Part shown: piece after piece, positions 30,854 through 41,021 of the stretch | Layout: each line of letters begins with the position of its first letter | Position numbering within the stretch: position 1 is the first letter of the stretch | DNA from: an uncultured delta proteobacterium | GTDB lineage: Bacteria; Myxococcota; Myxococcia; Myxococcales; Myxococcaceae | Direction of reading: 5' to 3' | DNA length: 64,000 nt | NCBI GenBank assembly: GCA_963771175.1 | Contig: CAVYSY010000057.1 | Coordinates: forward strand, 96,001-160,000 | Program-made: the position numbers and the translations under genes | Notes under the pieces: generated by a model | What the model was told of the DNA's origin: nothing | Databases searched by the model: none | The model's input: the letters and a program-made list of their open reading frames with translations, nothing else

Positions 30854-33800
30854 ATGAAGAACGAACGCGACCTGCTCCTGCAGGCCATCGCCATGCTGGA
30901 GACCCAGCGCCCCGCCCTGGGCGACGAGGCCACCGAGGCCGCGGTGGCGGCCTTGCGCGCACGGCTCGCGGCGCTGGCCTCCCGCGTCCCGATGGAGCGC
31001 CGGCACGTCACCGTCCTCTTCGGCGACCTCTGCGGCTTCACCGCCCTGAGCGAGCAGATGGACCCGGAGGACGTCAGCGAGCTGATGAACCACCTCTGGG
31101 AGCGCGTGGACGCGGCCATCGTCCGGCACGGGGGGCGGATCGACAAGCACATCGGCGATGCCGTCATGGCGCTCTGGGGCGCGGAGGGCGCCCATGAGGA
31201 TGATGCCGAGCAGGCCATCCACGCCGCCCTCGAAATCCAGGCCCAGCTCGACTCCTTGCTCGCGGGTCCCCCCGAGGGCCTGCGCATGCGCATCGGCATC
31301 CACACCGGCCCGGCGCTCCTCGGCATGGTGGGCACGCTCGGCGAGCTCACCGTGATGGGCGATACCGTCAACACGGCCAGCCGCCTGGAACAGGCCGCGC
31401 CCGAGGGTGGCATCCTCATCTCGCAAGGCACCTACCGCCACGTGAGCGGGGCCTTCGAGGCCGAGCCCCTCGCTTCCGTCCGGCTCAAGGGCAAGCAGGA
31501 GCCGCTCCAGGTGTACCGCGTGACGGCGGCCCGGCCGCGCGCCTTCCAGCGGCAGGGCCGCGGCCTGGAGGGCATCTGGGCCCGGCTCGTGGGACGCGAG
31601 GAGGAGTCGCATCGCCTGCGCTCCGCCCTCTCCGCGGCGCTCTCCGGCGGCTGCCAGCGCGTCACCCTCACCGGCGAGGCCGGCATCGGCAAGTCGCGGC
31701 TGCTCGGCGAGTTCGAGACCTGGCTCGAGTCGCTGCCGGAGCCACCCCGGTGTCTGCGCGGGCGCGCCAGCCCGGAGATGCGCAGGCACCCCAACGCCCT
31801 GCTCAGGGACTTGTTCTCCTTCCACCTCCAGGTGCAGGAGAGCGATCCCCCCAGCGTGGTGCGCGCCCGCCTGGAGGAGAGCTTCAGCGCGGCGCTCGGC
31901 CCCGAGGACTCGAGCCGCAGCCTCGCCCACCTCGCCGGCTCCCTCATCGGCTTCGACTTCAGCGACAGCCCCCTCCTCAAGGGCTCCCCCACCGACGAGC
32001 AGAGCCTCCGGGCCCGCGGCCTGGCCGCCCTCAGCGAGTACTTCCGCGCCCTCCTGCGCCGCGAGCCCATGGTCCTCTTCCTGGAGGACATCCACTGGGC
32101 CGACGACAGCGCGCTCGACCTGCTGGAGCGCCTGCTCCAGACGCTCGCGCCGAAGCGGCTCCTCGTGCTCTGCACCGCGAGGCCCGAGCTCTTCGAGCGG
32201 CGGCCGGAGTGGGACCTCGACCCCGCCCACGTCCGGCTCGAACTCCGGCCGCTCTCCCAGGAGGACAGCCACCGGCTCGTCGCGGAGCTCCTCCGGAAGG
32301 TGGAGGCCATCCCCCCGGCCCTCCATGAGCTCGTGGTCTCCCGCGCCGAGGGCAATCCGTTCTACCTCGAGGAGCTCATCCAGATGCTCCTCGAGGAGGG
32401 CGTCATCCTCGCGGACGGGGAGCGCTGGCGCGTCGAGCCGCGCCGGCTGACCTCCCTCAAGGTCCCCGCCACGTTGAGCGGCGTCCTCCAGTCCCGGCTG
32501 GACGGCCTCCCCGCCCAAGAGCGCGAGGTCCTCCAGCGGGCCTCGGTGGTGGGACGCATCTTCTGGGACGAGGCCCTCGCGAGAATGGGGCCAGACGAGG
32601 AGCCGCCCATCCCGCTCCACGCCGCCCTGGTCGCCCTCCAGGAGCGGGAGCTCATCTTCGAGCAGTCCAGCCCCGCCTTCGCCGGGACGCGCGAGTACAT
32701 CTTCAAGCACGCCATCGTCCGCGAGGTGGCCTACGACACCGTGCTCAAGCGCGAGCGGCGCGCCTTCCATGGCCGCATCGCCGAGTGGCTGCTGGCACGC
32801 GGTGGCGAGCGCTCCCGAGAGCACCTCGGGTTGATCGCCGACCACCTGGAGGCGTCCGGGCAGGCCGTGCGGGCCGCCGTCTACCTGCGGCGCGCGGGAG
32901 AGGAGGCCCTGTCCCTCTTCGCCAACGCGGAGGCCCGCTCGTTCCTGGAGCGGGCCATGGCCCTGACTCCCGAGACGGACCTCCCCGAGCGCTACGCCAT
33001 CGTGGCGGCTCGCGAGAAGGTCCACGCCGTCCTGGGCGAGCGGCGGGCACAGCGGATGGACCTGGAGATGATGGAGGTGCTGGCCGAGCTGCTCGGCGAC
33101 GCGCGGCGACAGGCCGAGGCGGCCCTGCGCCGCGCCCTCTACGCCTCGGAAATCGGTGAGCTCGCCACGGGCGTGGAGGCGGTGCGCAAGGCCATCCAGC
33201 TGGCCCAGGAGACCGGAGATGTGGCCAGCGAGGCGCTCGGCCACCTGCGCTGGGGACGCATGCTGCGGCACCACCGGGGGGACTTCGAGAGCGCCCGGCT
33301 CCACTTCGAGCGCAGCCTGGCCCTCGCCGAGTCCGCGAGACTCGCCCACCTGGAGGTGGAGAACCTGCTCAGCCTGGGCGCCGTCATCCACGAGACCGGA
33401 GATCTGGCGACGAGCCTCTCCTACATCCAGCGGGTGCTCCCCTTCTGCCAGGCGATGGAGGATCGCTGGCTGGAGTTCTCCACCCTCCGGCACCTGGGGT
33501 ACGTGCTCAAGGGCCTGGGCGACTTCGTCGCGGCCAAAGCCGCCTTCGAGCAGACCCTCCAGTTCAGCCGCGTGATTGGCTACCGGTTCTGGGAGTGCAT
33601 CGACCGCTGCAACCTGGCGCTGCTCCACCACCACCTGGGGGATGCGCCCGCGGCGCTGGAGTTCGCCGAGCAGGCCCTGCGGATCAGCCAGGAGATCGGC
33701 AGCTCGCGGTACCAGGGCTATGCGTGGATGAGCAAGGGCCACGCCCTGGCCACCCTGCGGCGCTTCCCGGAAGCCCGCGAGGCGTACCAGCGGGCCCGGA

Positions 33801-34195
33801 GCATCCGGGTGGAGACGCGAATCCCTCACCAGGAGCTGGAGTCCATCGCGGGCCTGGCCTCCGTGGCGCTGGCCACCGGGGATGCGCAGGGGGCGCGTGG
33901 CCACGCCGAGGAGCTCCTCGCGTACCTGGAGCGGGGGGAGACGCTCAACGGCGCGGAGGAGCCCTTCTGGATTCGCCTGGTCTGTTTCCGGGTCCTCCAG
34001 GCCCAGCAGGACTCCCGCGCGAGGAAGTTCCTGAAGAAGACCCACTTCCAGCTCCAGGAATGGGCCGGGAGGATCCAGGACGCGGAGCTGCGGCGCTCGT
34101 TCCTCGGCATCGCCGCGCACCGGCAGCTCCTGGAGGAGTGGCGGCGCCTGGGCAAGGCCGAAGACTTGGACCGTCAGGGGGATGAAGTAGCGTAG
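30854..34195 (+). CDS. Class III adenylate/guanylate cyclase - STAND/AAA ATPase - TPR protein
   Basis: VLFGDLCGFT, DKHIGDAVMA, GDTVNTASRLE; GEAGIGKS, LEDIHWAD, EGNPFYLEE, YIFKHA; TPR-like C-terminus. Confidence 0.9.
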   Translation: MKNERDLLLQAIAMLETQRPALGDEATEAAVAALRARLAALASRVPMERRHVTVLFGDLCGFTALSEQMDPEDVSELMNHLWERVDAAIVRHGGRIDKHIGDAVMALWGAEGAHEDDAEQAIHAALEIQAQLDSLLAGPPEGLRMRIGIHTGPALLGMVGTLGELTVMGDTVNTASRLEQAAPEGGILISQGTYRHVSGAFEAEPLASVRLKGKQEPLQVYRVTAARPRAFQRQGRGLEGIWARLVGREEESHRLRSALSAALSGGCQRVTLTGEAGIGKSRLLGEFETWLESLPEPPRCLRGRASPEMRRHPNALLRDLFSFHLQVQESDPPSVVRARLEESFSAALGPEDSSRSLAHLAGSLIGFDFSDSPLLKGSPTDEQSLRARGLAALSEYFRALLRREPMVLFLEDIHWADDSALDLLERLLQTLAPKRLLVLCTARPELFERRPEWDLDPAHVRLELRPLSQEDSHRLVAELLRKVEAIPPALHELVVSRAEGNPFYLEELIQMLLEEGVILADGERWRVEPRRLTSLKVPATLSGVLQSRLDGLPAQEREVLQRASVVGRIFWDEALARMGPDEEPPIPLHAALVALQERELIFEQSSPAFAGTREYIFKHAIVREVAYDTVLKRERRAFHGRIAEWLLARGGERSREHLGLIADHLEASGQAVRAAVYLRRAGEEALSLFANAEARSFLERAMALTPETDLPERYAIVAAREKVHAVLGERRAQRMDLEMMEVLAELLGDARRQAEAALRRALYASEIGELATGVEAVRKAIQLAQETGDVASEALGHLRWGRMLRHHRGDFESARLHFERSLALAESARLAHLEVENLLSLGAVIHETGDLATSLSYIQRVLPFCQAMEDRWLEFSTLRHLGYVLKGLGDFVAAKAAFEQTLQFSRVIGYRFWECIDRCNLALLHHHLGDAPAALEFAEQALRISQEIGSSRYQGYAWMSKGHALATLRRFPEAREAYQRARSIRVETRIPHQELESIAGLASVALATGDAQGARGHAEELLAYLERGETLNGAEEPFWIRLVCFRVLQAQQDSRARKFLKKTHFQLQEWAGRIQDAELRRSFLGIAAHRQLLEEWRRLGKAEDLDRQGDEVA

Positions 34196-34219
34196 GTGGC
34201 CCTCACCGAGGAGAACACC

Positions 34220-34609
34220 ATGTCCAAGACCGCCTGGATGAAGTACCTGCTGCCCGCCCTGCTGCTCACCACCACCGCCCTCGCCGCCGGCACGGCCGAC
34301 GTGAAGGTCGGCACCGGCGTCGAGAAGTATGAAATCACCGGCGCCTCCGACTCCTTCACGGTCACCCCGAACACCCGCATCTACGCGGCCACCAAGCTCA
34401 GCGGCGTGGAGCCCGGCACCGTCACCGTCGTCTGGTCCAAGGACGGCAAGGAAGTCTCCAAGACGGAGCTGAAGGTGCCTCGCGCGACGTACCGCACCCA
34501 CGCCTACCGCACCTTCCGCGCGGGTGAGACCGGCTCCTGGACCGCGAAGGTCGTGGGCATGGATGGCGCCGAGCTGGGCTCCTCCAGCTTCCAGGTGCAG
34601 GTGCAGTAA
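34220..34609 (+). CDS. Secreted DUF2914-like beta-sandwich protein
   Basis: Signal peptide, VTVVWSKDG..YRTHAYRTF..GSWTAKV pattern. Confidence 0.7.
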   Translation: MSKTAWMKYLLPALLLTTTALAAGTADVKVGTGVEKYEITGASDSFTVTPNTRIYAATKLSGVEPGTVTVVWSKDGKEVSKTELKVPRATYRTHAYRTFRAGETGSWTAKVVGMDGAELGSSSFQVQVQ

Positions 34610-34705
34610 CGCGCCTCGGGAGCGGGTGCAGCGGAGCACGACCTCCGGTGCACCCATGACTCTCGGCGCTTCCCTCCGACAAGCCACTGGGGGAGGCTCC
34701 GGACC

Positions 34706-35398
34706 ATGCTTGGAACCTCCTCCATCGCGGTCATCGGTACGGGAAACATGGGGCGCGGGCTCGCGCGGGTGCTCGCCGCCGCAGGTCACACGGTGCTCCT
34801 CGGTTCGCGTGAGCCGGAGCGCGCCCATCAGCTCTCCACGGAGCTCGGAGCCGAGCACGTGCGGGGAATGAGCAACGTGGAGGCCGCCTCGCGCGCGTCC
34901 ATCGTCTTCCTCGCCTACCACTCCAACGACATGCTGGTGGAGGAGCTCGCCCCGGTCACCGAGGGCAAGGTGGTGGTGGACATCTCCACGTACCACGAGG
35001 AGCCTCCCCCCGACTTCAACCCGCTCACCCAGGTGCCCTCCGACTCACCCCAGGAGCGGACCGCCTCGCGGCTGCCCCGCGCACACGTGCTCGGCGCATT
35101 CCAGGTGACGTGGGCCCAGCTCTTCAGCGAGCCGCTGCTCGACGGACGCAAGACGCCTGTCTTCGTGGTCGGCGACCACGCGGAGGCGAAGGCGGCGCTC
35201 CTCGCGCTCATCCGCACGCTCCCCTTCGAGCCCGTGGATGCCGGAGGACTGCGACAGGCACGCGTCATCTCCGCCATGTACTTCCTCGTCACCCGCCTGG
35301 AGCGCCAGTACGGCTTCCCGGACCATGGCCATGACTGGCACACACTCGCTCGCTCGCTGAATGTGCTGCTCCCCCCCACGCTCGGGCTCCGCCCTTGA
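34706..35398 (+). CDS. NADP oxidoreductase, F420-dependent family
   Basis: IAVIGTGNMG, LGSREPE, GKVVVDIS, VGDHAEAK..PVDAGGL. Confidence 0.85.
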   Translation: MLGTSSIAVIGTGNMGRGLARVLAAAGHTVLLGSREPERAHQLSTELGAEHVRGMSNVEAASRASIVFLAYHSNDMLVEELAPVTEGKVVVDISTYHEEPPPDFNPLTQVPSDSPQERTASRLPRAHVLGAFQVTWAQLFSEPLLDGRKTPVFVVGDHAEAKAALLALIRTLPFEPVDAGGLRQARVISAMYFLVTRLERQYGFPDHGHDWHTLARSLNVLLPPTLGLRP

Positions 35399-35418
35399 GC
35401 GAGCCGCCGCGCTGAGCC

Positions 35419-36096
35419 TCACCAGGGCAGCGGCTTCAGCTCCGTGTCGAGGAACAACCCCGAGTGCTCGGGGCGCAACCGAGCGATGGCTTCCACCATG
35501 CGCTCGGCGGTGACCTCGTCCGACAGCGGAGCCTTGTCGCCGCCCATGGCCGTCCGCGTCCAGCCCGGGTGGAGGGACACGCAGATGACCCGAGGCTCCT
35601 GCGCGGCCTGCCAGAGCGTCAGCGCGTTGAGGGCGGCCTTGCTCATGGCGTACTCGGGCTTGCCACTCACCCGGAACGCGGACAGCGAGCCCGAGTCCGA
35701 GCTCACGTTCACCACCACGCGAGGCTCCTCGGCGGCGCGCACCCGCTCGATGAAGGTGTCATAGACACGCATCGGCCCCATGGCGTTGACGTCCAGGATG
35801 CGCGCGGCCCGCTCCAGGTCCATGCCCGGCGCCCGCTGAGGCCCGCCATTGAGCGCGGCGTTGTTGACGAGCACATGGATGGGCCCCGCCGGACACCTCG
35901 CCGCCGCGGCCCTCACCGACTCCGTCGAGCCCACGTCCATCTTCACCACGTGCAGCCGGGGCGAGGCGTACGCACGCAGCCCCTCCGCCCCTTCCGGCTC
36001 CCTCACCGCGGCCACCACCTCGTCGCCGCGAGCGAGGTACTTCATGACGAGCTTCAGGCCGATGCCCCGCGAGGCACCGGTGACGAGCACACGCAT
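35419..36096 (-). CDS. Short-chain dehydrogenase, CsgA/C-factor-like subgroup
   Basis: VTGASRGIG, LVNNA, YAMSKAALN, LHPGWTRTAMGG, ends LPW. Confidence 0.85.
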   Translation of the reverse strand: MRVLVTGASRGIGLKLVMKYLARGDEVVAAVREPEGAEGLRAYASPRLHVVKMDVGSTESVRAAAARCPAGPIHVLVNNAALNGGPQRAPGMDLERAARILDVNAMGPMRVYDTFIERVRAAEEPRVVVNVSSDSGSLSAFRVSGKPEYAMSKAALNALTLWQAAQEPRVICVSLHPGWTRTAMGGDKAPLSDEVTAERMVEAIARLRPEHSGLFLDTELKPLPW

Positions 36097-36180
36097 GGAC
36101 GCCTCCGTGGGCCTCATGGCCACGACTGCACTCTAGCGGGGACGGGCTATGCTCGCCCCCCCACAGGAGGGGATGACAGG

Positions 36181-36921
36181 ATGCACGAGGCAGAGCCGAC
36201 AACGCCCAACACGGGCCGGATGTTCGATTACTGGCTGGGAGGCAAGCACTACTACCCCGTCGACGTGACGGCGGCGAAGGCATTCGAGGCCGTCTTCGAT
36301 GACTTCCCCCGCGTGTTCCGCGCGCTCCGCGACTTCATCGGGCGGTCCTCGCGGTTCATCCAGTCCCAGGGGGTGGAGCAGTTCCTCGTCCTGGGCTCCG
36401 GCCTGCCCACGCAGGGCAACGTCCACGAGACGGTGCCCGGGGCCCGCGTGCTGTACACGGACATCGATTCCTCCAACGTCGAGCTGGGCCAGCGCATCCT
36501 CGCCGACGTGCCGGGCACGGGCTACGCCTACTGCGACGCCACGGACCTGTCGACACTCGACCTGGGCGTCGTGAGAAAGGTGCTCGGGCCCATCCGCCGG
36601 CTGGGCATCATCGTCGTGGGCGTCGAGGCGTTCATGACGGACGAGCAGATCCGCGCCACGTTCCAGAGGCTCTACGACTTCGCGCCTCCAGGGAGCTATC
36701 TGGCGTTCGACTGCGACAGCCCCAAGGCCCTGGACCATCCCGAATTGGTGAAGATGATGGGCCCTGCCTTCCACATGCGCACCCCGGAGCAGCTCGCGGC
36801 GGTGCTCGGACCGTGGCAGCTCACCGAGGACGGCATCCAGCCCGTCTCGACCTGGCGCAACCCGGGGAAGCCGGCCGACATCCCCCCGTACATGAATGGC
36901 GGCGTGGCGACGAAGCCGTGA
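36181..36921 (+). CDS. SAM-dependent methyltransferase (Methyltransf_19-like)
   Basis: PNTGRMFDYWLGGKHYYPVD, QFLVLGSGLPTQGNVHE, RVLYTD. Confidence 0.85.
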   Translation: MHEAEPTTPNTGRMFDYWLGGKHYYPVDVTAAKAFEAVFDDFPRVFRALRDFIGRSSRFIQSQGVEQFLVLGSGLPTQGNVHETVPGARVLYTDIDSSNVELGQRILADVPGTGYAYCDATDLSTLDLGVVRKVLGPIRRLGIIVVGVEAFMTDEQIRATFQRLYDFAPPGSYLAFDCDSPKALDHPELVKMMGPAFHMRTPEQLAAVLGPWQLTEDGIQPVSTWRNPGKPADIPPYMNGGVATKP

Positions 36922-36981
36922 GGAACGCCCCGAGGCCGGAGACCGCTGAGACTCCGCGGCTTCCGGCCTCCGTGGGCTCGC

Positions 36982-37137
36982 TCACTCCTGCTCCTTTCGG
37001 AGGACCTCGGCCGGCAGGTTGCGGCGGAGCGGCGCCAGGAGGACCGCCACGAAGGCCGCCACGGGCACGGGCAGCATCACGAGGCCGAGGATGAAGAGGA
37101 ACCGCATGACACGGAGGGACAAGCGCAGACTGCTCAT
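36982..37137 (-). CDS. Small hypothetical membrane protein
   Basis: 51 aa with a long hydrophobic stretch and basic tail RRNLPAEVLRK. Confidence 0.45.
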   Translation of the reverse strand: MSSLRLSLRVMRFLFILGLVMLPVPVAAFVAVLLAPLRRNLPAEVLRKEQE

Positions 37138-37233
37138 GATGGCGCGCGCGCAGGCGCACCTTGCTCTGGCAAGAAGGGACACGGCGTACTCCTCGAGCTG
37201 AAAGACATTCCAGGACCCAGGCCCCGGAATGGC

Positions 37234-37539
37234 TCAGCGGAGGAGCGCTCGATGCGCGAGGAAGAGGCGACGCGGTGGACCCGGGAGGCGCACCTCGGGG
37301 ACACGGCCCGCGAGCGGAGCACGCGCGTGGACCCGTGCGCTCCCCACCTCCACCCGCCCGCTGCCGCGCACGGACGCGACGGCCTCCGCGCGTTGACCCG
37401 CCGGAGCACGACGCTCGAGGACCGACACCACGGTATCGGCTTCCGGTAGCGCCTGGGCCGGAGTGCCGCCCAGGGCGAGCGTGACGCACGCCAGCACCAG
37501 CTTCAACCAGCGGATGATGGGGGGCGGGTGTCCGGACAT
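37234..37539 (-). CDS. Small hypothetical exported protein
   Basis: Signal-like WLKLVLACVTLALGGTPAQA; ends PRRLFLAHRALLR. Confidence 0.5.
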   Translation of the reverse strand: MSGHPPPIIRWLKLVLACVTLALGGTPAQALPEADTVVSVLERRAPAGQRAEAVASVRGSGRVEVGSARVHARAPLAGRVPEVRLPGPPRRLFLAHRALLR

Positions 37540-37630
37540 GCGACTTCAATCTAGCCAGGGAGGTGCGTCTGTCAAAGCCGCCGGGAATGACTCAGCACGT
37601 CCGACCAGCTCCGCCGTCCCGAAATGTCGA

Positions 37631-37666
37631 GGCCGGAAACCGCTGAGTCCTCAGCAGCTTCCGGCC
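37631..37666 (-). terminator. Hairpin downstream of cglD
   Basis: GGCCGGAA..GCTGAG-TC-CTCAGC..TTCCGGCC, 25 bp after the stop; no U tract. Confidence 0.4.
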
Positions 37667-37691
37667 CCTGACTCCGTGTCGCGCCGTCAGC

Positions 37692-40600
37692 CTAGTTCAT
37701 CTTCGGGTCGCAGCCACAGGTGCTCATGTTGCAGGCCGTGTTGGCCGGGCAGGTGCCGCCACAGTTCTCCTTGCAAACACAGGCACAGGCGTTGGGGTCG
37801 GCCTGGTAGGCGGCGCCACAGTGGAGCGCTGCCGTGTCACAGACGCAACCGCAGGCGCTCGGGTCGAACTTGAAGCCCGGGGCACAGGTGGCGCTCGCCA
37901 CGCACTGGCAGCTACACGTATTCATGTTGCACGCCTGGAAGCTGCCGCACGTGCCGCCGCAGTCCGACGCGCAGGTGAAGGCGCACACGTCCTTGCTGGT
38001 GTTGCACACCTGGCCGGGTGCACCACCGCCGCCGCAGTCCGACGGGCACTCGCACCGGCTCGTCTGCCGGTTGCAGGTGAGTTTGCCCTTGCAGAAGTCC
38101 GGGTCGCTCGCGTCGTAGTAGCCCGTGTCCGTCGAGCAGGGCGGCGGGTTGCCGTCCCGGTTGGACGTGCGGTCCACCCAGTAGCGGTAGGAGATGGCCG
38201 CCTTCGTCGTCCCCGCCGAGACCGGACGGCACGCGCCGTAGAAGGACAGCGTCCGGTTCACCCCGTCCACGTCGAAGCCGTTCGTCTGGCTGCGCGGCAG
38301 GTCGCTCGCCGAGCACTTCGTGGCGTCCTGCACGCCCTCCAGCGCCACCCGCACCGAGGCACCGATGGGCGGCTTGAGGGTGCGATAGCCCGTGGAGGCA
38401 ATCACGCTGTCCACGATGGCGTTGATGGTGTTCTGGATGGACTGGGGGCTGCTGATGCTGCCCACCACGCCCCCGGTGGCCTGGATGACGTCCAGGTGCC
38501 GAGGGTCCTTGTTGTCCTCCTCCTCGTGACAGCGGCCACCGTTCGGGTCGCAGATGATGCCGTGCACCTGGATGAGCTGCTTCGCCGGGTTGCCGGTCTT
38601 GAAGTAGTTCACATACCAGTCCACCGGAGGCGTGTCGGGCTGGTCACGCACGTCCGTGAGGACGATGACGACCAGCTTCGCGCCCGAGCGGAGACGCTGG
38701 GCCGTGGGCGTGCTGGCATTGGTCATGTAGTCCACCGCCACCTTCGCGGACTCGAGCGAGCGCTCCTCGCTGGAGCCGTTGATGTTCACCCAGCAGCCCT
38801 GGGTGGGGTCGGGGCACGGCGCGCTCTGCTGCAGCCAGGCCTTGAATTGGTTGAGGTCCTTGGTGAAGCCCCGGAACCTGTCGCCGTTCTCGGCCCAGCT
38901 CTGGGTGTAGGACGTGGTCACCATGGCGATGCGCCAGTCGAGCGACGCCTTGCCCAGTCGCGCGGCCATGGTCGTCGCCGCGCTGCCCAGCGCGCTCTGC
39001 GAGATGGCCATGGAGCCGCTGTCGTCCACCACGAAGAGGAAGTCGGCCATGCCGGAGCCCGCGGTGAAGGTCTCGCACTGCACCGCGTCCGCGTCACCGA
39101 ACTGCGCCAGCGCGGTGCCGCCCGCGGCATCCGCCGTCGTGAAGCGGGCCGCCTTCACTCCCGGGGCCTCGTCGTAGAGGGCCTTCGGCGTGATGGCCAG
39201 CACCACCAGCACGCTCGCGTCGGAGCGGTGGACGTACTGCGCTTGAATCTTGAACGGCCCGCTCACCCCCGCGCCGCCCGAGAGCACTCCGGCCCCCGCC
39301 CCCACCAGCGCGTTGGCCAGGGTGTTGGTGTAGTCGCGCAGGTTGGTGGTGGCGCCCAGGTTGTAATAGGCCTGCACCGCCGGGAAGCCATCCCAGGTGG
39401 TGAAGGTCTGCGTGGTCTCCACCGTCGCCCCGTTGAGCTGCGCGCGGATGCCGAGCTCGTCCCCCGTCGCCGTGGACGAGGTGCCCACCCGCCCGCGCTT
39501 GTAGGCGATGAAGGTCACCTTGTACTCGTCGTCGTAGCCCACGTAGCCGCGGCTCTTCCCGCTCAGCACGAGTTGCCGCACCTCCTGGAAGGAGGGCCGC
39601 AGCGCCAGCCGGACGTCCGCGCCACCGTCTTCCTTGAACGACACCTGCCGCAGGTTCTGCGCGGCGCAGGCCTGGCCAGGCGGGGTGTTGCTGGCGCCAT
39701 CGTTGCCATCGCGCGGGTCGAGCTCGCCCGGGTCCTTCCTGCCGTTCTGGTTCGAGTCCTCGGCGCCGTCGGCGATGCCGTCGTTGTCGTGGTCGTTGTC
39801 CAGCGCATCCGTGGTGGTGCCGGGGTCCGCGTCGCCGACGTAGCCGCACGATGCGATGGGCGCAGCGCTCGTGGGAATGCCCCGCTCCACGCCGTCCAGC
39901 AGGCCGTCGCCGTCCGTGTCGCGGTTGGCCGGATCCGTCTCGCCCGTGTCACGCACGCTGTTGGCGTTCAGGTCCTCGCCCTTGGAGGTGCCCTGGTCCG
40001 GGCCATCGAGCAGGCCGTCACAGTCCGAGTCCCGCGAGCGAGGGTCCGTCTCGCCGGAGCTCACCACGCCGTTGCGGTCGCGGTCCTCCACGCCGTCGCG
40101 CAGCCCGTCCCCGTCCGTGTCCGGGTTGCGCCAGTCCGTCTCGGTCGTGTCCTTCGTCCCGTTGCGGTTGGTGTCCTCGATGTGGTCCGGCACGCCATCG
40201 CCGTCCGTGTCCGTGAAGGTGCCCGTGCCGCAGTCGGAGCCGTTCTTCGGATCGCTCTCGCCCGGGTCCTTCACGCCGTTGCCATTGATGTCCTCGGCGC
40301 CATCCCGGCAGGAGTCCCCATCCATGTCGGCGTTGCGCGGATCCGTCCGGGTGACGTTCAGCTCGATGGCGTCCGAGAGGCCATCGCCATCCGAGTCCCG
40401 CTTGCGCGGGTCCGTCTCGCCCAGGTCCACGGCACCGTTCTTGTTCGGGTCCTCCGCGCCATCCGTCAGGCCGTCGCCGTCCGTGTCGCGGTTGGCAGGG
40501 TCCGTCTCGCCCGGGTCCATCTTTCCGTTGCGGTTGAGATCCTCCGCCCCATCCATCAGGCCATCACCGTCCGTGTCCGGGTTGCCCGGGTTCGTCCGGC

Positions 40601-41021
40601 TCGCCGGGTCCGAGTCCCCGCTGAAGCGGCAGTCCGAGCTCGTGTTGACAGTGGTGGTGCGGCCCACCTCGAGCCCATCTCGCAGTCCGTCCCCGTCCGT
40701 GTCCCGCCGGCCCGGGTCCGTCTTCAGGTTGCCCGGATAGAGGTTGCCCCACTCCTCCGCGTCCGTCAGACCGTCACAGTCGGAGTCGATCTTCCCGTTG
40801 GAGGGATTTCTCGGGCCCGGCACCGGGACGGGACCGGGATCCGGCGTGGGGCCCGGATCCGGCGTGGGATCCGGGTCTGGCGTGGTGCCTGGCTCCTGCG
40901 GGGTAACCGGCCCCTGGCTCGAACCGTCGCCGGGCAAGGGCGCCGCGATATCAGGACCACAACCTGAGAAAAGCGCGGCCACGAGAAGCGCGGCCGCGAG
41001 GAATCGGGATTGAACTCTCAT
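37692..41021 (-). CDS. cglD: Adventurous gliding motility lipoprotein CglD
   Basis: Lipobox FSGC, many DTDGDG calcium-binding repeats, VWA MIDAS DDSGS, Cys-rich C-terminus; neighbours PilZ and sbcCD. Confidence 0.85.
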   Translation of the reverse strand: MRVQSRFLAAALLVAALFSGCGPDIAAPLPGDGSSQGPVTPQEPGTTPDPDPTPDPGPTPDPGPVPVPGPRNPSNGKIDSDCDGLTDAEEWGNLYPGNLKTDPGRRDTDGDGLRDGLEVGRTTTVNTSSDCRFSGDSDPASRTNPGNPDTDGDGLMDGAEDLNRNGKMDPGETDPANRDTDGDGLTDGAEDPNKNGAVDLGETDPRKRDSDGDGLSDAIELNVTRTDPRNADMDGDSCRDGAEDINGNGVKDPGESDPKNGSDCGTGTFTDTDGDGVPDHIEDTNRNGTKDTTETDWRNPDTDGDGLRDGVEDRDRNGVVSSGETDPRSRDSDCDGLLDGPDQGTSKGEDLNANSVRDTGETDPANRDTDGDGLLDGVERGIPTSAAPIASCGYVGDADPGTTTDALDNDHDNDGIADGAEDSNQNGRKDPGELDPRDGNDGASNTPPGQACAAQNLRQVSFKEDGGADVRLALRPSFQEVRQLVLSGKSRGYVGYDDEYKVTFIAYKRGRVGTSSTATGDELGIRAQLNGATVETTQTFTTWDGFPAVQAYYNLGATTNLRDYTNTLANALVGAGAGVLSGGAGVSGPFKIQAQYVHRSDASVLVVLAITPKALYDEAPGVKAARFTTADAAGGTALAQFGDADAVQCETFTAGSGMADFLFVVDDSGSMAISQSALGSAATTMAARLGKASLDWRIAMVTTSYTQSWAENGDRFRGFTKDLNQFKAWLQQSAPCPDPTQGCWVNINGSSEERSLESAKVAVDYMTNASTPTAQRLRSGAKLVVIVLTDVRDQPDTPPVDWYVNYFKTGNPAKQLIQVHGIICDPNGGRCHEEEDNKDPRHLDVIQATGGVVGSISSPQSIQNTINAIVDSVIASTGYRTLKPPIGASVRVALEGVQDATKCSASDLPRSQTNGFDVDGVNRTLSFYGACRPVSAGTTKAAISYRYWVDRTSNRDGNPPPCSTDTGYYDASDPDFCKGKLTCNRQTSRCECPSDCGGGGAPGQVCNTSKDVCAFTCASDCGGTCGSFQACNMNTCSCQCVASATCAPGFKFDPSACGCVCDTAALHCGAAYQADPNACACVCKENCGGTCPANTACNMSTCGCDPKMN

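Noticed and set aside
30812..34996. 1394-aa minus-strand ORF
   Set aside because: Antisense shadow of the cyclase-STAND gene; stop-poor because of high-GC codon bias, no motifs.
35419..36096. csgA itself
   Set aside because: Family motifs only; no fprA neighbour is visible and myxobacteria have several such SDR paralogs.
37821..40967. 1048-aa plus-strand ORF
   Set aside because: Antisense shadow of cglD.
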